Part shown: one piece after another, positions 9,875 to 19,844 of the stretch | Numbering within the stretch: position 1 is the stretch's first letter | Layout: each line of letters opens with the position of its first letter | The notes under the pieces: model-generated | The model's database searches: none | Told to the model about the DNA's origin: nothing | Seen by the model: the letters and a program-made list of their open reading frames with translations, nothing else | Source of the DNA: Pontiella sp. | GTDB lineage: Bacteria; Verrucomicrobiota; Kiritimatiellia; Kiritimatiellales; Pontiellaceae | DNA length: 64,000 nucleotides | Direction: 5' to 3' | Assembly (NCBI GenBank): GCA_050290185.1 | Contig: JBNKHE010000004.1 | Coordinates: 64,001 to 128,000, forward strand | Program-made: the position numbers and the translations under genes

Positions 9875-12800
9875 CTAGAGACTGAGCAGTTCCTGCACAT
9901 CTTGCCAGGTCAGCTTCTGCATGACCTGCTCGTCGGTGGTCAGAGTGGCATCAATGATGTCTTTTTTGCGCGCCTGCATTGCGACCACCTTTTCCTCGAC
10001 CGTGCCCTTGGAAATCAGCTTGACGCTGTAGACGGTACGCTTCTGGCCAATCCGGTGCGCGCGGTCCGTAGCCTGGTCCTCGACAGCCGGGTTCCACCAC
10101 GGATCAAAATGGATAACCATGTCCGCACCGGTCAGATTCAGCCCCGTTCCACCGGCCTTCAGGCTCATGAGGAACACCGGAATAGTATGGTCCTTGTTGA
10201 ACTTGCGGACCACATCCTGACGATCCTTGGTACTGCCGTCGAGATAGCAGTATTTCAACGAGCGCTCTTCCATCTCCTTCCGCAGAATGCCCAGCATGGA
10301 GGTGAACTGGCTGAAGACCAGCACCCGGTGTTTACTGTCCAGGGCCTCGTTGAGGAGTTCGAAGAACAGCTCCATCTTGGCGGAAGGATGCTTGCTTTTG
10401 ATCCCTTCGAGCTTGAGCAGATCGATATGGTTGCAGGTCTGCCTCAGGCGCAGCAGGGTCTTGAGAATTTCCATGCGGCTCTTGTTGAAGCCTTCCTTCT
10501 CAACCATGTCGGCGATTCGCTGCTTCGAATCTTCCAACAGCTGGGTATAGACCTTGTGCTGGTCCTGCGTGAGCTTGCAGGGCGCAATGCGTTCGATCTT
10601 GGGCGGCAAATCCTTGGCAACCTGTTTCTTGAGACGGCGCAAAAGGAAGGGATGGAGCTTGCGACGCAGGTTCAACTGGGCATGCTCGCCATCCGGTCCC
10701 CCGTTCACAATCGGCAGTTCGTAGTATTCGTGGAAATTCTTGTGGTGGCCGAGATAGCCCGGCATCAGGAAGTCCATGATCGACCAAAGATCGGTCACAC
10801 CGTTTTCAATGGGCGTGCCGGTAAGTACCAGCCGATGGTCCGCCTTGAGCTTCTTGGCCGACAGCGCGTTTTGCGTGGCGCGGTTCTTGATGTGCTGTGC
10901 TTCGTCCAGAATCGCAATCGAATACGTATATTCCAGATGCTTCTCGATATCGCGGCGCATCAGCGCGTAGGACGTGATGACGAGATCGGCTTTATCAACA
11001 TTCTTCCACCGGCGACCCCGTTCGGGGCCATGCAGAATCAGCACCTTCAGATTTGGGGTAAACTTATTCGCCTCTTCTTTCCAGTTTTCGACGAGACTGG
11101 TCGGGCAGACGATAAGTGCGGGCTTGCCGCGGTGATCTTCATCAGAACGGCCCAACTGAATCCAGGCCAGCGTCTGCAGAGTTTTTCCCAACCCCATTTC
11201 GTCGGCAAGAATACCGCAGAGCCCCCGGTTCTCCAGAAAGCGCAACCAGTTCACGCCCTCGTGCTGATACGACCGCAGGGTTCCTTTAAGATCTTTGCTG
11301 AGCTCGACCGGAACAACCGATTCCTGACTGTTCGGTTGCTTTGCACGCTCCAGCCAGTCCGGCGTCGCAGCCACATCGACCCCATCCAACGCATCGATGG
11401 ATGACTGCACATAGCTGCTGTATATCGAACTTACGCGGAACGATCCGGGCTCTTCACCCGTTCCTACCGAACACTCTTCGAAAACCTTCTGTGCCTGCAA
11501 AATGGCATCGCCGTCCAGCAGGATGGTGCGCCCGTTGCGCTCAATAAACGACTCCCCTTTCATCAGGGCCTGTTGCACATCGCTATCGGAGATGCTGCCC
11601 GTTCCTACATCGTACTCGTAGCTGACATCGAAATAGTTGCCGGTTTCGGGCTCGTTGACCCGTACGATGGGGGTCACATACTCGGCTTTTTCCGCAAAAG
11701 GTCTAACACGCCCTTCCAGCTCCACGTCATAGCCCATGCGTCGCAGCTTCGGCACTCCGCTCCCCAGAAAGTTGAGCACTTCGCGTGGACCCACAATGTT
11801 GCGCAAGGTATCGCCAGCCCGGCCGACAAAACCGACCGCTTCGAGTTTTTCAACCCCCGCCTTCTCGTAGGCCATGTTGCGGATGCGGTAGCGCAGCAGA
11901 TCCTTCGGATCGGGAATCGCAAAATTTCCGCGCATATCGGCACGGCCGGCCACCAGTTCAATCTCGTCCGTGTAGCGGGCATACAGCGTCGCCGCCAGCG
12001 AAGCCGGACTCCCCCGGACGACCAGACGGAAATATACTTTTGCCGGCTTCATGTGGAACAGATCGGGCGTGATCGCGGTGCGAACCCGCATAATCTTTTC
12101 GATCTGCGGTAGCTCCGTCATGATGAAGGCCGGAACCGTCTCGCGGGGTATCCGTACTTCACCCCGGTAAACATCCTGGAATTTCTTTGGCACGATGGAG
12201 CTAAGCGGCCAGAACTGGTTGGCGGTGAATATCCAGCCGACCTCCCCTGCAACGGCATAGAAGGCAAAAAGTTCCGTCTGCTTGTCCGGAAGTTCCGTGG
12301 AAACCTTGAGCAGCAATTCGCCGGTTTCGCGGTCGAGATCCATCTCAAGAGCCGAGTCGAGCATGCCACCGTTGACCGCATACCCTTTTGCCTGTCCCTT
12401 TTGAAAAATGGATTTGCTGGAAAGCACCCGCAGTATGTTGAGGAAATTGGGTATGGAGAGTTGGATATCACTGGCGACCGGTCCGCCACTGATATCCTCC
12501 AAGACAGAAAGCATAATTTCGTCTTCGCGGGGAAAGGTAAACGGTACGTCGGTGGGGACGTCGGAGGCCGGCTTCCGGGTCTTCTCGTACTCGACCGAAA
12601 TATGCAATCCGACCCGCTCGGCCAACACCTGTTCCTGCCAGTTTTCAGCCAGTTCGACCACCAGATTGGCCTTAACCGCATTCTCGTCGGTTTTCTTGGC
12701 GCGTTTAATGAAGGTCTTGTCCGAGCCGCGTGCGATACGTTCTACGCGCTTCATATCCGCGATTGCCTGTTTATCGCGTGCAGGTTTTGACTGCTGACGC

Positions 12801-13078
12801 AACACTTCGAGGCCCATAGCCACCAGATGAGAGCAGATCAGCCCACGTTCCTGATTGTCGCGACACGGACAGTGATTCTCAACCAGACCGTTTTTAAGAA
12901 TTTCAAACTTACTGCGCATCCCACGCGGACCAAGGCTCAATTGGCCGGTTACAAATGGATGCTCATACGTCACTTTGTCAACGACACCGCGCTCAAACAA
13001 CGCCCGGCCGTCGCGAAACGCGCGCCACCCCGCCCAATCTTTGAGCTTTTTCTCGGTATATGGAATTCTTTCGCCCAT
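9875..13078 (-). CDS. SWIM zinc finger plus SNF2-family (DEAD/H) ATPase
   Basis: CPC...CSH SWIM motif; ADEMGLGKT, DEAQ, LTGTPIEN, GLNLTGAD, WWNPAVEDQATDRAHRIGQ. Confidence 0.95.
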   Translation of the reverse strand: MGERIPYTEKKLKDWAGWRAFRDGRALFERGVVDKVTYEHPFVTGQLSLGPRGMRSKFEILKNGLVENHCPCRDNQERGLICSHLVAMGLEVLRQQSKPARDKQAIADMKRVERIARGSDKTFIKRAKKTDENAVKANLVVELAENWQEQVLAERVGLHISVEYEKTRKPASDVPTDVPFTFPREDEIMLSVLEDISGGPVASDIQLSIPNFLNILRVLSSKSIFQKGQAKGYAVNGGMLDSALEMDLDRETGELLLKVSTELPDKQTELFAFYAVAGEVGWIFTANQFWPLSSIVPKKFQDVYRGEVRIPRETVPAFIMTELPQIEKIMRVRTAITPDLFHMKPAKVYFRLVVRGSPASLAATLYARYTDEIELVAGRADMRGNFAIPDPKDLLRYRIRNMAYEKAGVEKLEAVGFVGRAGDTLRNIVGPREVLNFLGSGVPKLRRMGYDVELEGRVRPFAEKAEYVTPIVRVNEPETGNYFDVSYEYDVGTGSISDSDVQQALMKGESFIERNGRTILLDGDAILQAQKVFEECSVGTGEEPGSFRVSSIYSSYVQSSIDALDGVDVAATPDWLERAKQPNSQESVVPVELSKDLKGTLRSYQHEGVNWLRFLENRGLCGILADEMGLGKTLQTLAWIQLGRSDEDHRGKPALIVCPTSLVENWKEEANKFTPNLKVLILHGPERGRRWKNVDKADLVITSYALMRRDIEKHLEYTYSIAILDEAQHIKNRATQNALSAKKLKADHRLVLTGTPIENGVTDLWSIMDFLMPGYLGHHKNFHEYYELPIVNGGPDGEHAQLNLRRKLHPFLLRRLKKQVAKDLPPKIERIAPCKLTQDQHKVYTQLLEDSKQRIADMVEKEGFNKSRMEILKTLLRLRQTCNHIDLLKLEGIKSKHPSAKMELFFELLNEALDSKHRVLVFSQFTSMLGILRKEMEERSLKYCYLDGSTKDRQDVVRKFNKDHTIPVFLMSLKAGGTGLNLTGADMVIHFDPWWNPAVEDQATDRAHRIGQKRTVYSVKLISKGTVEEKVVAMQARKKDIIDATLTTDEQVMQKLTWQDVQELLSL

Positions 13079-13293
13079 TTGTTGTCTTTATCCTGCCTAA
13101 TCGAAAATAGGCTCCATTCTCCCCAAATCAGCGACGAAAGCTACAAAAAATTAGGTGTATTACCATCATTTTCATCGAAAAACCTGCTTTATGCATAAAT
13201 CATTCAGCTTTCCTGACAAAATTGGTTCTAACTTGATATTGACGGAGAGAAAGGCCGGGCACATTATGCGCGCCTTTCAATCGAGGAAGACCC

Positions 13294-13647
13294 ATGCAGC
13301 GGATCATGAAAAAATCGAAAATACACACAGCAACCATCACGGGGCTGGAGTTGTATTACGAAGGTAGCGTCACGATTGATCGTGACCTGCTTGAAATGGC
13401 CGATATGCTGCCGGGCGAACAGGTTCAGATCGTCAACCTCAACAATGGCCAGCGGTTTGTCACCTATACGATTCCCGGCGAACGCGGAACCGGTGCCATT
13501 GAGCTCAACGGCCCCGCTGCCCGGCTCGCCGCCGTCGGCGACAAGGTCATCATCATTTCCTACGGCAACTATGAAGACGCCGAAGCCAAGGTGCTTGAAC
13601 CGATTGTTGTCTTCGTTGACGAAAACAACCGGCCTGTCCGGAAATGA
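13294..13647 (+). CDS. panD: Aspartate 1-decarboxylase
   Basis: KSKIH.ATIT...Y.EG|S self-cleavage site, NNGQRF.TY, NGPAARL...GDKVII. TTGACG-N17-CATTAT promoter-like site upstream. Confidence 0.97.
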   Translation: MQRIMKKSKIHTATITGLELYYEGSVTIDRDLLEMADMLPGEQVQIVNLNNGQRFVTYTIPGERGTGAIELNGPAARLAAVGDKVIIISYGNYEDAEAKVLEPIVVFVDENNRPVRK

Positions 13648-14789
13648 CCGAATACCTGTACCAAAAGACCAACCAGTACTTCGGACAGCTCGCCTCCGGT
13701 GCGGAAAAATGCGGCGAAGCCGAACTCAGGGAACTCGGGGCAACCCAGATCAAGGCCGGCTATCTCGGCTGCTACTTCTGCGCCGACCCACGAACCATCT
13801 ACAACATTGTCTACCGCACCCGCATCTTTTCCCGCATCCTTGCTCCGCTGATCGCCTTCGACTGCCATTCGGAAAAATACCTATACAAAACCGCACAGCA
13901 GATCGACTGGTCCGGTTTCCTCACGCTCACCAAAACATTTGCCATCACTTCGAATGTGGCCGACAGCAACATCCGTAACTCCCAGTATGCCGGGCAGATT
14001 CTCAAGGATGCCATCGTCGACCAGTTCCGCGACAAAACCGGCGCACGCCCGAACGTCGACACCCGCAACCCGGATCTGCAGCTCAACCTCTATATCCACC
14101 AGAACAAGGCGCGCATCAGCGTCGATCTCGGCGGCGGATCGCTGCATAAGCGCGGCTATCGCGAACAGTCCGTCGAGGCACCCATGCAGGAAACCCTCGC
14201 CGCCGCCATCATTCGCCTCACCGGCTGGAACGGCGAACGCCCGCTCTATGATCCCTTCTGCGGCTCCGGCACCCTGCTATGCGAAGCCTTCATGAAAGCC
14301 GGCAACATTCCCGCCGCCTATCTGCGCCATAAATTCGGATTCCTGCGCCTGCCCGATTTCGACGCAACCGTTTGGAACCAGATCAAGACCCAGGCCAACA
14401 ACGAAACCGTCAACATACCGGACGGTTTGATCAAGGGAAGCGATATCAGCGCCGATGCCGTGAAGTCCGTTCGCGCCAACCGCGACACCCTGCCGGAGAT
14501 TGGAACCATCAAAGTCCGGCGCTCCGACTTTCATGATCTGGAAGGATTCAGCAATACCACCCTCGTCACCAACCCGCCCTACGGCATCCGGCTCGGCGAC
14601 TCCGAAGGCGTTGCGATTCTGCTGAAAGAGTTCGGCGACTTCCTCAAACAGAAATGCACCGGCTCCACCGCATTCATTTACTACGGCGACCAGGCATTGG
14701 CGAAAAAACTCGGCCTTAAACCCGAATGGAAGCAACTCCTCCGCGCCGGCGGCCTCGACGGCATACTCTGCAAATATGAGTTGTATTAA
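13644..14789 (+). CDS. THUMP-domain class I SAM-dependent RNA methyltransferase (RlmL-like)
   Basis: [36 protein letters not shown] overlap with the panD stop. Confidence 0.9.
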   Translation: MTEYLYQKTNQYFGQLASGAEKCGEAELRELGATQIKAGYLGCYFCADPRTIYNIVYRTRIFSRILAPLIAFDCHSEKYLYKTAQQIDWSGFLTLTKTFAITSNVADSNIRNSQYAGQILKDAIVDQFRDKTGARPNVDTRNPDLQLNLYIHQNKARISVDLGGGSLHKRGYREQSVEAPMQETLAAAIIRLTGWNGERPLYDPFCGSGTLLCEAFMKAGNIPAAYLRHKFGFLRLPDFDATVWNQIKTQANNETVNIPDGLIKGSDISADAVKSVRANRDTLPEIGTIKVRRSDFHDLEGFSNTTLVTNPPYGIRLGDSEGVAILLKEFGDFLKQKCTGSTAFIYYGDQALAKKLGLKPEWKQLLRAGGLDGILCKYELY

Positions 14790-15400
14790 GGAAGCTTGGT
14801 CGCCCCTCCTTCAGGCGGCCAGCTCTTAGGACACGAAATAATCAGAACTTCTCTGCCCATGTGCGCACGCCCCGCGATCTCGATACACTGCTGCACCAAC
14901 CGTTCACGGCGCGGCAACACAAAGTCGTGAAGCACTTTCAACAACACCATGATCAGGATGTAGACAACGACCGCGAGCAGCACAGACGCACAAGCTATTT
15001 CAGGACTACTTCGCTTCCCGAGGATAACGCTGGCATTGATCGTTCCCGGTCCGATGAGCCCAGGTATCGCAATGGCGCCGGTCAACTGATCCGATTCGCC
15101 CCGTAAAATCTCGATGGCCGTTGGTCCATGGAAAACAAACTGGATACCGATCAGCAGAAAGACAATTCCGCCAAAAATCTGGAACGAGGCAAACTCGGCC
15201 CGGACCAGATCGGAAAAGATCGCATCGCCCGCCACCGCAAACACACAGAAAACACCGGCGGAAATTCCACCGGCGCCCACCATTACACATAAAAACTTTC
15301 GCCGGTCGAGTTTTTGCACCACGTCGATCAAGTAGATGATCACCAAAAAAGGATTGAGCAGAACCAGCAGCAAGGCGGATGATGTAAGGAATTCGGTCAT
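14786..15400 (-). pseudogene. MarC-family membrane protein, apparently frameshifted by a deletion near the 3' end
   Basis: LLLVLLNPF, FQIFGGIVFLLIG and AIP.LIGPGTI are MarC motifs. After IEIAGR the frame runs into a non-hydrophobic tail overlapping the neighbour's stop, while a different frame encodes GVRTWAEKF* (14871-14842), which looks like a natural C-terminus. The last TM helix is missing. Confidence 0.65.
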
Positions 15401-15796
15401 AGTCTTCGTTTCAGGGTTCCGGTTGCACTGCAATCTTAGTAACCCGATCCAATAGTTCGATCAAGGAACCATCCCAAAAAGCCGGAACGCAAGAACGGAG
15501 AATAATAACTGCCGTCATCTACACCAGCGACCAATTCGCGGATAAAAACCCCGGATTGAAACACTCTGGGAAACCACCATTTCACGTCATCAGACTCAAT
15601 GGCCAGCTCTGCATATACGAACTATGACAACAGATCGCACCCACCAAATTCTCAAAAACGGCAATCTAGTTAACTACTTTATAATATTCTCAATACGCAA
15701 TATTTATTATTACATCGATCAATATATATACAGATATATAGGCATTTTAATCATTGGACTGGCACAAAGTTATTTCAGCTCAACATTCTATTGCTA

Positions 15797-15812
15797 TGGT
15801 ACACATTTTGCT
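15797..15812 (+). promoter_or_regulatory. sigma54 (-24/-12) promoter for the pilin-like cassette
   Basis: TGGTAC-ACATT-TTGCT gives exact GG-N10-GC spacing, about 50 bp upstream of ATG 15861, inside a very AT-rich spacer. Confidence 0.65.
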
Positions 15813-15860
15813 AACATCTATTGCTTTGTCACCTTTTAACTTATTAATTCTGTTTTTATT

Positions 15861-16280
15861 ATGCATGTTTTTAATTTTCTTTTTGCGGCGAATAAAAAAG
15901 GCTCGACCATCGTCGAAGCTATGGTTGGCATTACGATTCTTGCCATTGGTATTGCTGGAGCGAGCCGGTTAGCGGTATCAACCTCCCGTCTCGCCGACTT
16001 GGCGAATGCCCGGCAGACCGCTGTTCAATTGGCAAAAAACAGGATCGAGCGGATGTCCATGGCCAGCTTTGATGACCTTTCGCAATGGGCCGTTGACGAC
16101 ATGGTGATCGATCCTTCTGGACAGCCCGATGACAACGGGGGCTTCAAACTGTCGACCACCATCACCTACCCGGCAACCAATCTAGCGGAGATTGCCATCG
16201 ACGTCTGGGTCCGGAACCGGAACACCCTCTCATTCGATCTTCCCCCGGAACAGGTCACTACCTTTCTAACCACGATGTAG
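15861..16280 (+). CDS. Minor type IV pilin / pseudopilin, PilV-like
   Basis: Class III signal KKG|STIVEAMVGITILAIGI with Glu5; short 139-aa pilin. Confidence 0.8.
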   Translation: MHVFNFLFAANKKGSTIVEAMVGITILAIGIAGASRLAVSTSRLADLANARQTAVQLAKNRIERMSMASFDDLSQWAVDDMVIDPSGQPDDNGGFKLSTTITYPATNLAEIAIDVWVRNRNTLSFDLPPEQVTTFLTTM

Positions 16281-16289
16281 ACTATCGCC

Positions 16290-18329
16290 ATGAAACCATC
16301 ACTCCGAAAAAACGGGTTTACCCTTATCGAAGCCATGACGGCTTTGTCGATTACCGTTGTTGCCATCACCCTGGCTATCGGCAGCTACATCACTCTACAG
16401 AAAGAACAAAACCGCCAGATAGCCCAAGATAAAACCGATACCGACATTCGTCTGGTTGCCGGTCGAATGCAAAAGGAGATGCGACTTAGTTCCCTTTCCG
16501 AAATGGCATTCTTTCCTGAAGCCCAACCACGTCACACTGGCATCAGCTTCCCCCTGTGCACCGATAGCACCATCACCACAAACAGCCAAGGTGGTATTAA
16601 CTGGGACACGACCGTAATCTATCATGTCTCCACCGACGGCAAGCGCCTCTTGCGCACCGCCTTCCATCCCCGCGACAACTCCCTGAACATCACAGAACGG
16701 CAAATACAATTGAGCCGTGTTTGCTCCGATGAAAACGGGGCACGTGCCGCCAATGGTGAACATGCGTCAACGACCGGACTTTTGGATAATGTATGCGACT
16801 GGAAAATCGTATCGCAGGGCAATGTGTATGACGGCTACAATAGCGAGAGGAAACTGGATCGCGAAGTCAATCTGGGCTCGTGCATCCTGACGCCCGGCAA
16901 GCACACCCTGAAGCTGACCGTAACAGGGAAAAAAAGCCAAAGTTCCGGCTATGCACTGGGAGTCGACACGCTCCATGTTTCCAGTTCCCAAATCGAACGC
17001 GAAGCAGAAGCCCAGCCGGTTTCCGGATCGCCCACTCCGCTTCAGGAATACAACGCCTCCGGCACGTGGAGTGGGTACCACCAGCTGACACTCCCCGCCA
17101 CCCAGATTGGCGACTCCATGGAGATTGATTTCTATAACGATAGATGGGAAGACACCAACTTCGAGCTCAATGGCTGCGTCAAATCGAACACCACCGTAGG
17201 CGCGCTGGATTTCAGCTACAACCCGCCCGATTTAGCCCTGCGCCTTGATGGTAATTCGACCAACTGGACCGCAGCCGCCCAGACGGGCGATTCAACGGGC
17301 AGAGATGGGGATGGCAACTTTTTCGCCGGAAGCATCATTCGCACACTGATCCGTGGAGAGGATATGCCCTGGGGGGCATCGCTGGAAAACGATGGTTTGT
17401 CATGCCGCATCGCCTTTAGCGCTTCCGGTAGTCAGAATTTATCCATCACGGAAGCCTACATCGACGAGTGCGTTTCCAGCACCAACATCACCCCCGATAC
17501 AATCGGCCATCCTTTTCGGATCACCTTTGGAAACACTAACAATATCACCATTCCCCAAGGAGGAACGGCCTGGTCCGACTATCTTGACTATCCGGTCGAG
17601 AGCGAAAAAAGCTACGCAGTTACATTCAGAATTGATTCTGCACCGGCAAACGCCTGTCCCCGGATATGGAATGAAATATTCCCTGGAGCCACCGGAACCT
17701 TCATGATTCCTCTATCGCAAGCTCCAGACCATGATGATCTTGTCCGACCCGTGTGGGCATCCCGCACCGGCATATCCGACCTTCCCCAAGTCGTAGGCGT
17801 AACCATGCTTCATACCACGTATCCCGCCAGCGGCACTTTCATTTCGCCGGTTATGGACACCCACATGGAACAACCGAACTACGACTCCATTGATTGGTCG
17901 GAAGACTGTCCGCGCGGAACCCGGATCCATATCAAAGTGCGCACCGGCAGCTCCTCAAACCTCTCGGATGCTCCGAGCTGGAACAGTGTGTCCACCATAC
18001 CCTCCCCCGGATCGATCATGGTACCCTATGAACGCTATGTACAATACCACGTCACCTTGTTTGCCAGTAGTGATGGACTCGCTACCCCGAAATTAAAAGA
18101 CATCGCCATCCAATGGCCGGGGAATACTGCAATCACCGATATAGGAGGAAGCTTTGTTAATTCGCCGGAGTACGGCCAATTCGAGGCCCTGATCGACAAC
18201 CAGCCGCTGTCCTCTCCCCTGCGGATTTCCATTGGAGCCCAGGAGACCGTCAGAGGTCAAAACAACACCATGAAAACACAGAAAACACTCTGCAACTTCG
18301 AACTAACACCACGAAATACTGGAAACTAG
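16290..18329 (+). CDS. Large minor pilin, PilW-like, with extra beta-sandwich domains
   Basis: Class III signal KNG|FTLIEAMTALSITVVAI with Glu5; 679 aa including a galactose-binding-fold-like segment (LTPGKHTLKLTVTG...GVDTLHV) and a SGTFISPVMD...W...RYVQY...TPKL domain. Confidence 0.8.
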   Translation: MKPSLRKNGFTLIEAMTALSITVVAITLAIGSYITLQKEQNRQIAQDKTDTDIRLVAGRMQKEMRLSSLSEMAFFPEAQPRHTGISFPLCTDSTITTNSQGGINWDTTVIYHVSTDGKRLLRTAFHPRDNSLNITERQIQLSRVCSDENGARAANGEHASTTGLLDNVCDWKIVSQGNVYDGYNSERKLDREVNLGSCILTPGKHTLKLTVTGKKSQSSGYALGVDTLHVSSSQIEREAEAQPVSGSPTPLQEYNASGTWSGYHQLTLPATQIGDSMEIDFYNDRWEDTNFELNGCVKSNTTVGALDFSYNPPDLALRLDGNSTNWTAAAQTGDSTGRDGDGNFFAGSIIRTLIRGEDMPWGASLENDGLSCRIAFSASGSQNLSITEAYIDECVSSTNITPDTIGHPFRITFGNTNNITIPQGGTAWSDYLDYPVESEKSYAVTFRIDSAPANACPRIWNEIFPGATGTFMIPLSQAPDHDDLVRPVWASRTGISDLPQVVGVTMLHTTYPASGTFISPVMDTHMEQPNYDSIDWSEDCPRGTRIHIKVRTGSSSNLSDAPSWNSVSTIPSPGSIMVPYERYVQYHVTLFASSDGLATPKLKDIAIQWPGNTAITDIGGSFVNSPEYGQFEALIDNQPLSSPLRISIGAQETVRGQNNTMKTQKTLCNFELTPRNTGN

Positions 18330-18331
18330 AC

Positions 18332-19642
18332 ATGGAATACCGCACAAAAAAATCCGAAAAAAAGAAAGGCTATACTCTTCTGCTATGCCTGATCTTCATC
18401 GGTCTTCTTGCGATGGGATCAACCCTTCTAATCAAAACCGCGATGCAGAAAACATATGCAACGCGAAAGAGCATTGCCCGTCTCAAGGCTCAAATCATTG
18501 CAGAAGCAGGCGTCTACAAAACCTTCGCCATGATCAAGGAGGACACCGGCTTCCTGACCCAGACATGCCCCGACGTGGTACTGGACAATGGATCTGCATC
18601 CATCTCGATCACACCCCATAACGCAGAAACCGCCCTGTTATCAACGGACGACGACACGGACGAATATCTGCTCACCTCGACGGGTTCCTGCGACGGTCAA
18701 ATCGTCAGTTCGGCTGTAGTCATCCATTTCGGAGGCACGGGAGGCGAAGCGGTTTCCCAGGAAGTGCTGCAACTCTTCGACGGGGCCCTGTTCTGTGGAG
18801 GCGACGCCGGCATGACGGGGGCGTCGTACATTGATCTGGCAGGCGCAACAGCTCATGTAAACGGAACCCTTTCCATGAAAGGAAGTGCAAACTTCCAGAA
18901 TGGTGGATCAGTCTCCTCCAGCACATCGATTGACATGTCCGGAGGCAATGCAAAAATCAATGGCGATGCCGCAGCTCCGACAATCCCATTGCCCTCCTGG
19001 GCAAAATGGCAGGCACCGGATTACTTTATTACCGGGACAAAAACCGAAATGCCTGTTCCCAGGCAAATGATCGAAATCGATCTTGAACCGTTCCGGGTTT
19101 TCGCAGCAGCAACCGATACGACCGGGCAGGATTATTCCCACAAGCAGTGGAACGACCTCATCACCGATACCTATATTTCCGAGGACGAAATGCCGAATAA
19201 CGGCACGCTGGTGATCGGCGCCTTGCAGGTTGTCCGACCCTCCCACGGCATCCTGTGGGTGGAAGGCAGCATCAAGTTTGCAGGAAGCAGCACCGTTGAA
19301 GGATGCGTCATCGCTACCGGTGACATCGAAGTGCTCGGAGGCATGACGCACAAAAACTCAAATGGTCTTCCATCATTCATGAGCATAAATGGTGATTTGG
19401 TCGTTGGATCCGGATGTATCGCCTATGGCCTGATATACGCCCACAACGGAGATATCAAGATTGCAGGGGATGCTGAAGTCAACGGAGCATTCATCTGTCC
19501 TCGCGGAGACTTCACCCATTGTGGCAGCGGCAAGGTCAAGTACGACAATTCGCGCCCATATGGACCCAACGGCGAAATCGTGATGCTTCCCCAAAACAGC
19601 GCCGGAGGAGGAGCCCCCACGGTGGTGGGATGGGTGGAATAG
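18332..19642 (+). CDS. PilX/GspK-like minor pilin with Gly-rich beta-solenoid C-terminus
   Basis: KKG|YTLLLCLIFIGLL lacks Glu5, as is typical of PilX/GspK; AQIIAEAGV motif; repeated G.I.A.GDI...G patterns; ends in VVGWVE. Confidence 0.78.
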   Translation: MEYRTKKSEKKKGYTLLLCLIFIGLLAMGSTLLIKTAMQKTYATRKSIARLKAQIIAEAGVYKTFAMIKEDTGFLTQTCPDVVLDNGSASISITPHNAETALLSTDDDTDEYLLTSTGSCDGQIVSSAVVIHFGGTGGEAVSQEVLQLFDGALFCGGDAGMTGASYIDLAGATAHVNGTLSMKGSANFQNGGSVSSSTSIDMSGGNAKINGDAAAPTIPLPSWAKWQAPDYFITGTKTEMPVPRQMIEIDLEPFRVFAAATDTTGQDYSHKQWNDLITDTYISEDEMPNNGTLVIGALQVVRPSHGILWVEGSIKFAGSSTVEGCVIATGDIEVLGGMTHKNSNGLPSFMSINGDLVVGSGCIAYGLIYAHNGDIKIAGDAEVNGAFICPRGDFTHCGSGKVKYDNSRPYGPNGEIVMLPQNSAGGGAPTVVGWVE

Positions 19643-19790
19643 CGCATCCTGCCAATTCCACCATCGATAAGAAACGCACGGACATCAAACAGGCACTGAT
19701 TCCACACCGCAAGACCATTGCCGTGCCTCGAAATACGCGCATTACTTCCGGAAAAATTTGTTCCGCACAACCGATACCATTCGGCAAATT

Positions 19791-19820
19791 AAAGGCTGGA
19801 TCGCGGATCCAGCCCTTTTT
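19791..19820. terminator. Intrinsic terminator between the pilin cassette and convergent aspS
   Basis: AAA-GGCTGGATC-GCG-GATCCAGCC-CTTTTT. Confidence 0.75.
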
Positions 19821-19844
19821 CATCCAGCTTTCCGAACCTAGAAC

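Noticed and set aside
9695..11404. 569-aa plus-strand ORF
   Set aside because: Antisense shadow of the SNF2 gene with no recognisable motifs; expected from codon bias in GC-rich DNA.
9875..13078. SNF2 ATPase as part of an anti-phage defence system
   Set aside because: SWIM-SNF2 housekeeping architecture flanked by a rhomboid and panD; no DNA methylase, nuclease or other defence partner adjacent.
15624..15972. Short ORFs in the AT-rich spacer (71 and 72 aa)
   Set aside because: No RBS, atypical composition, and they overlap the promoter elements and the pilin gene start.
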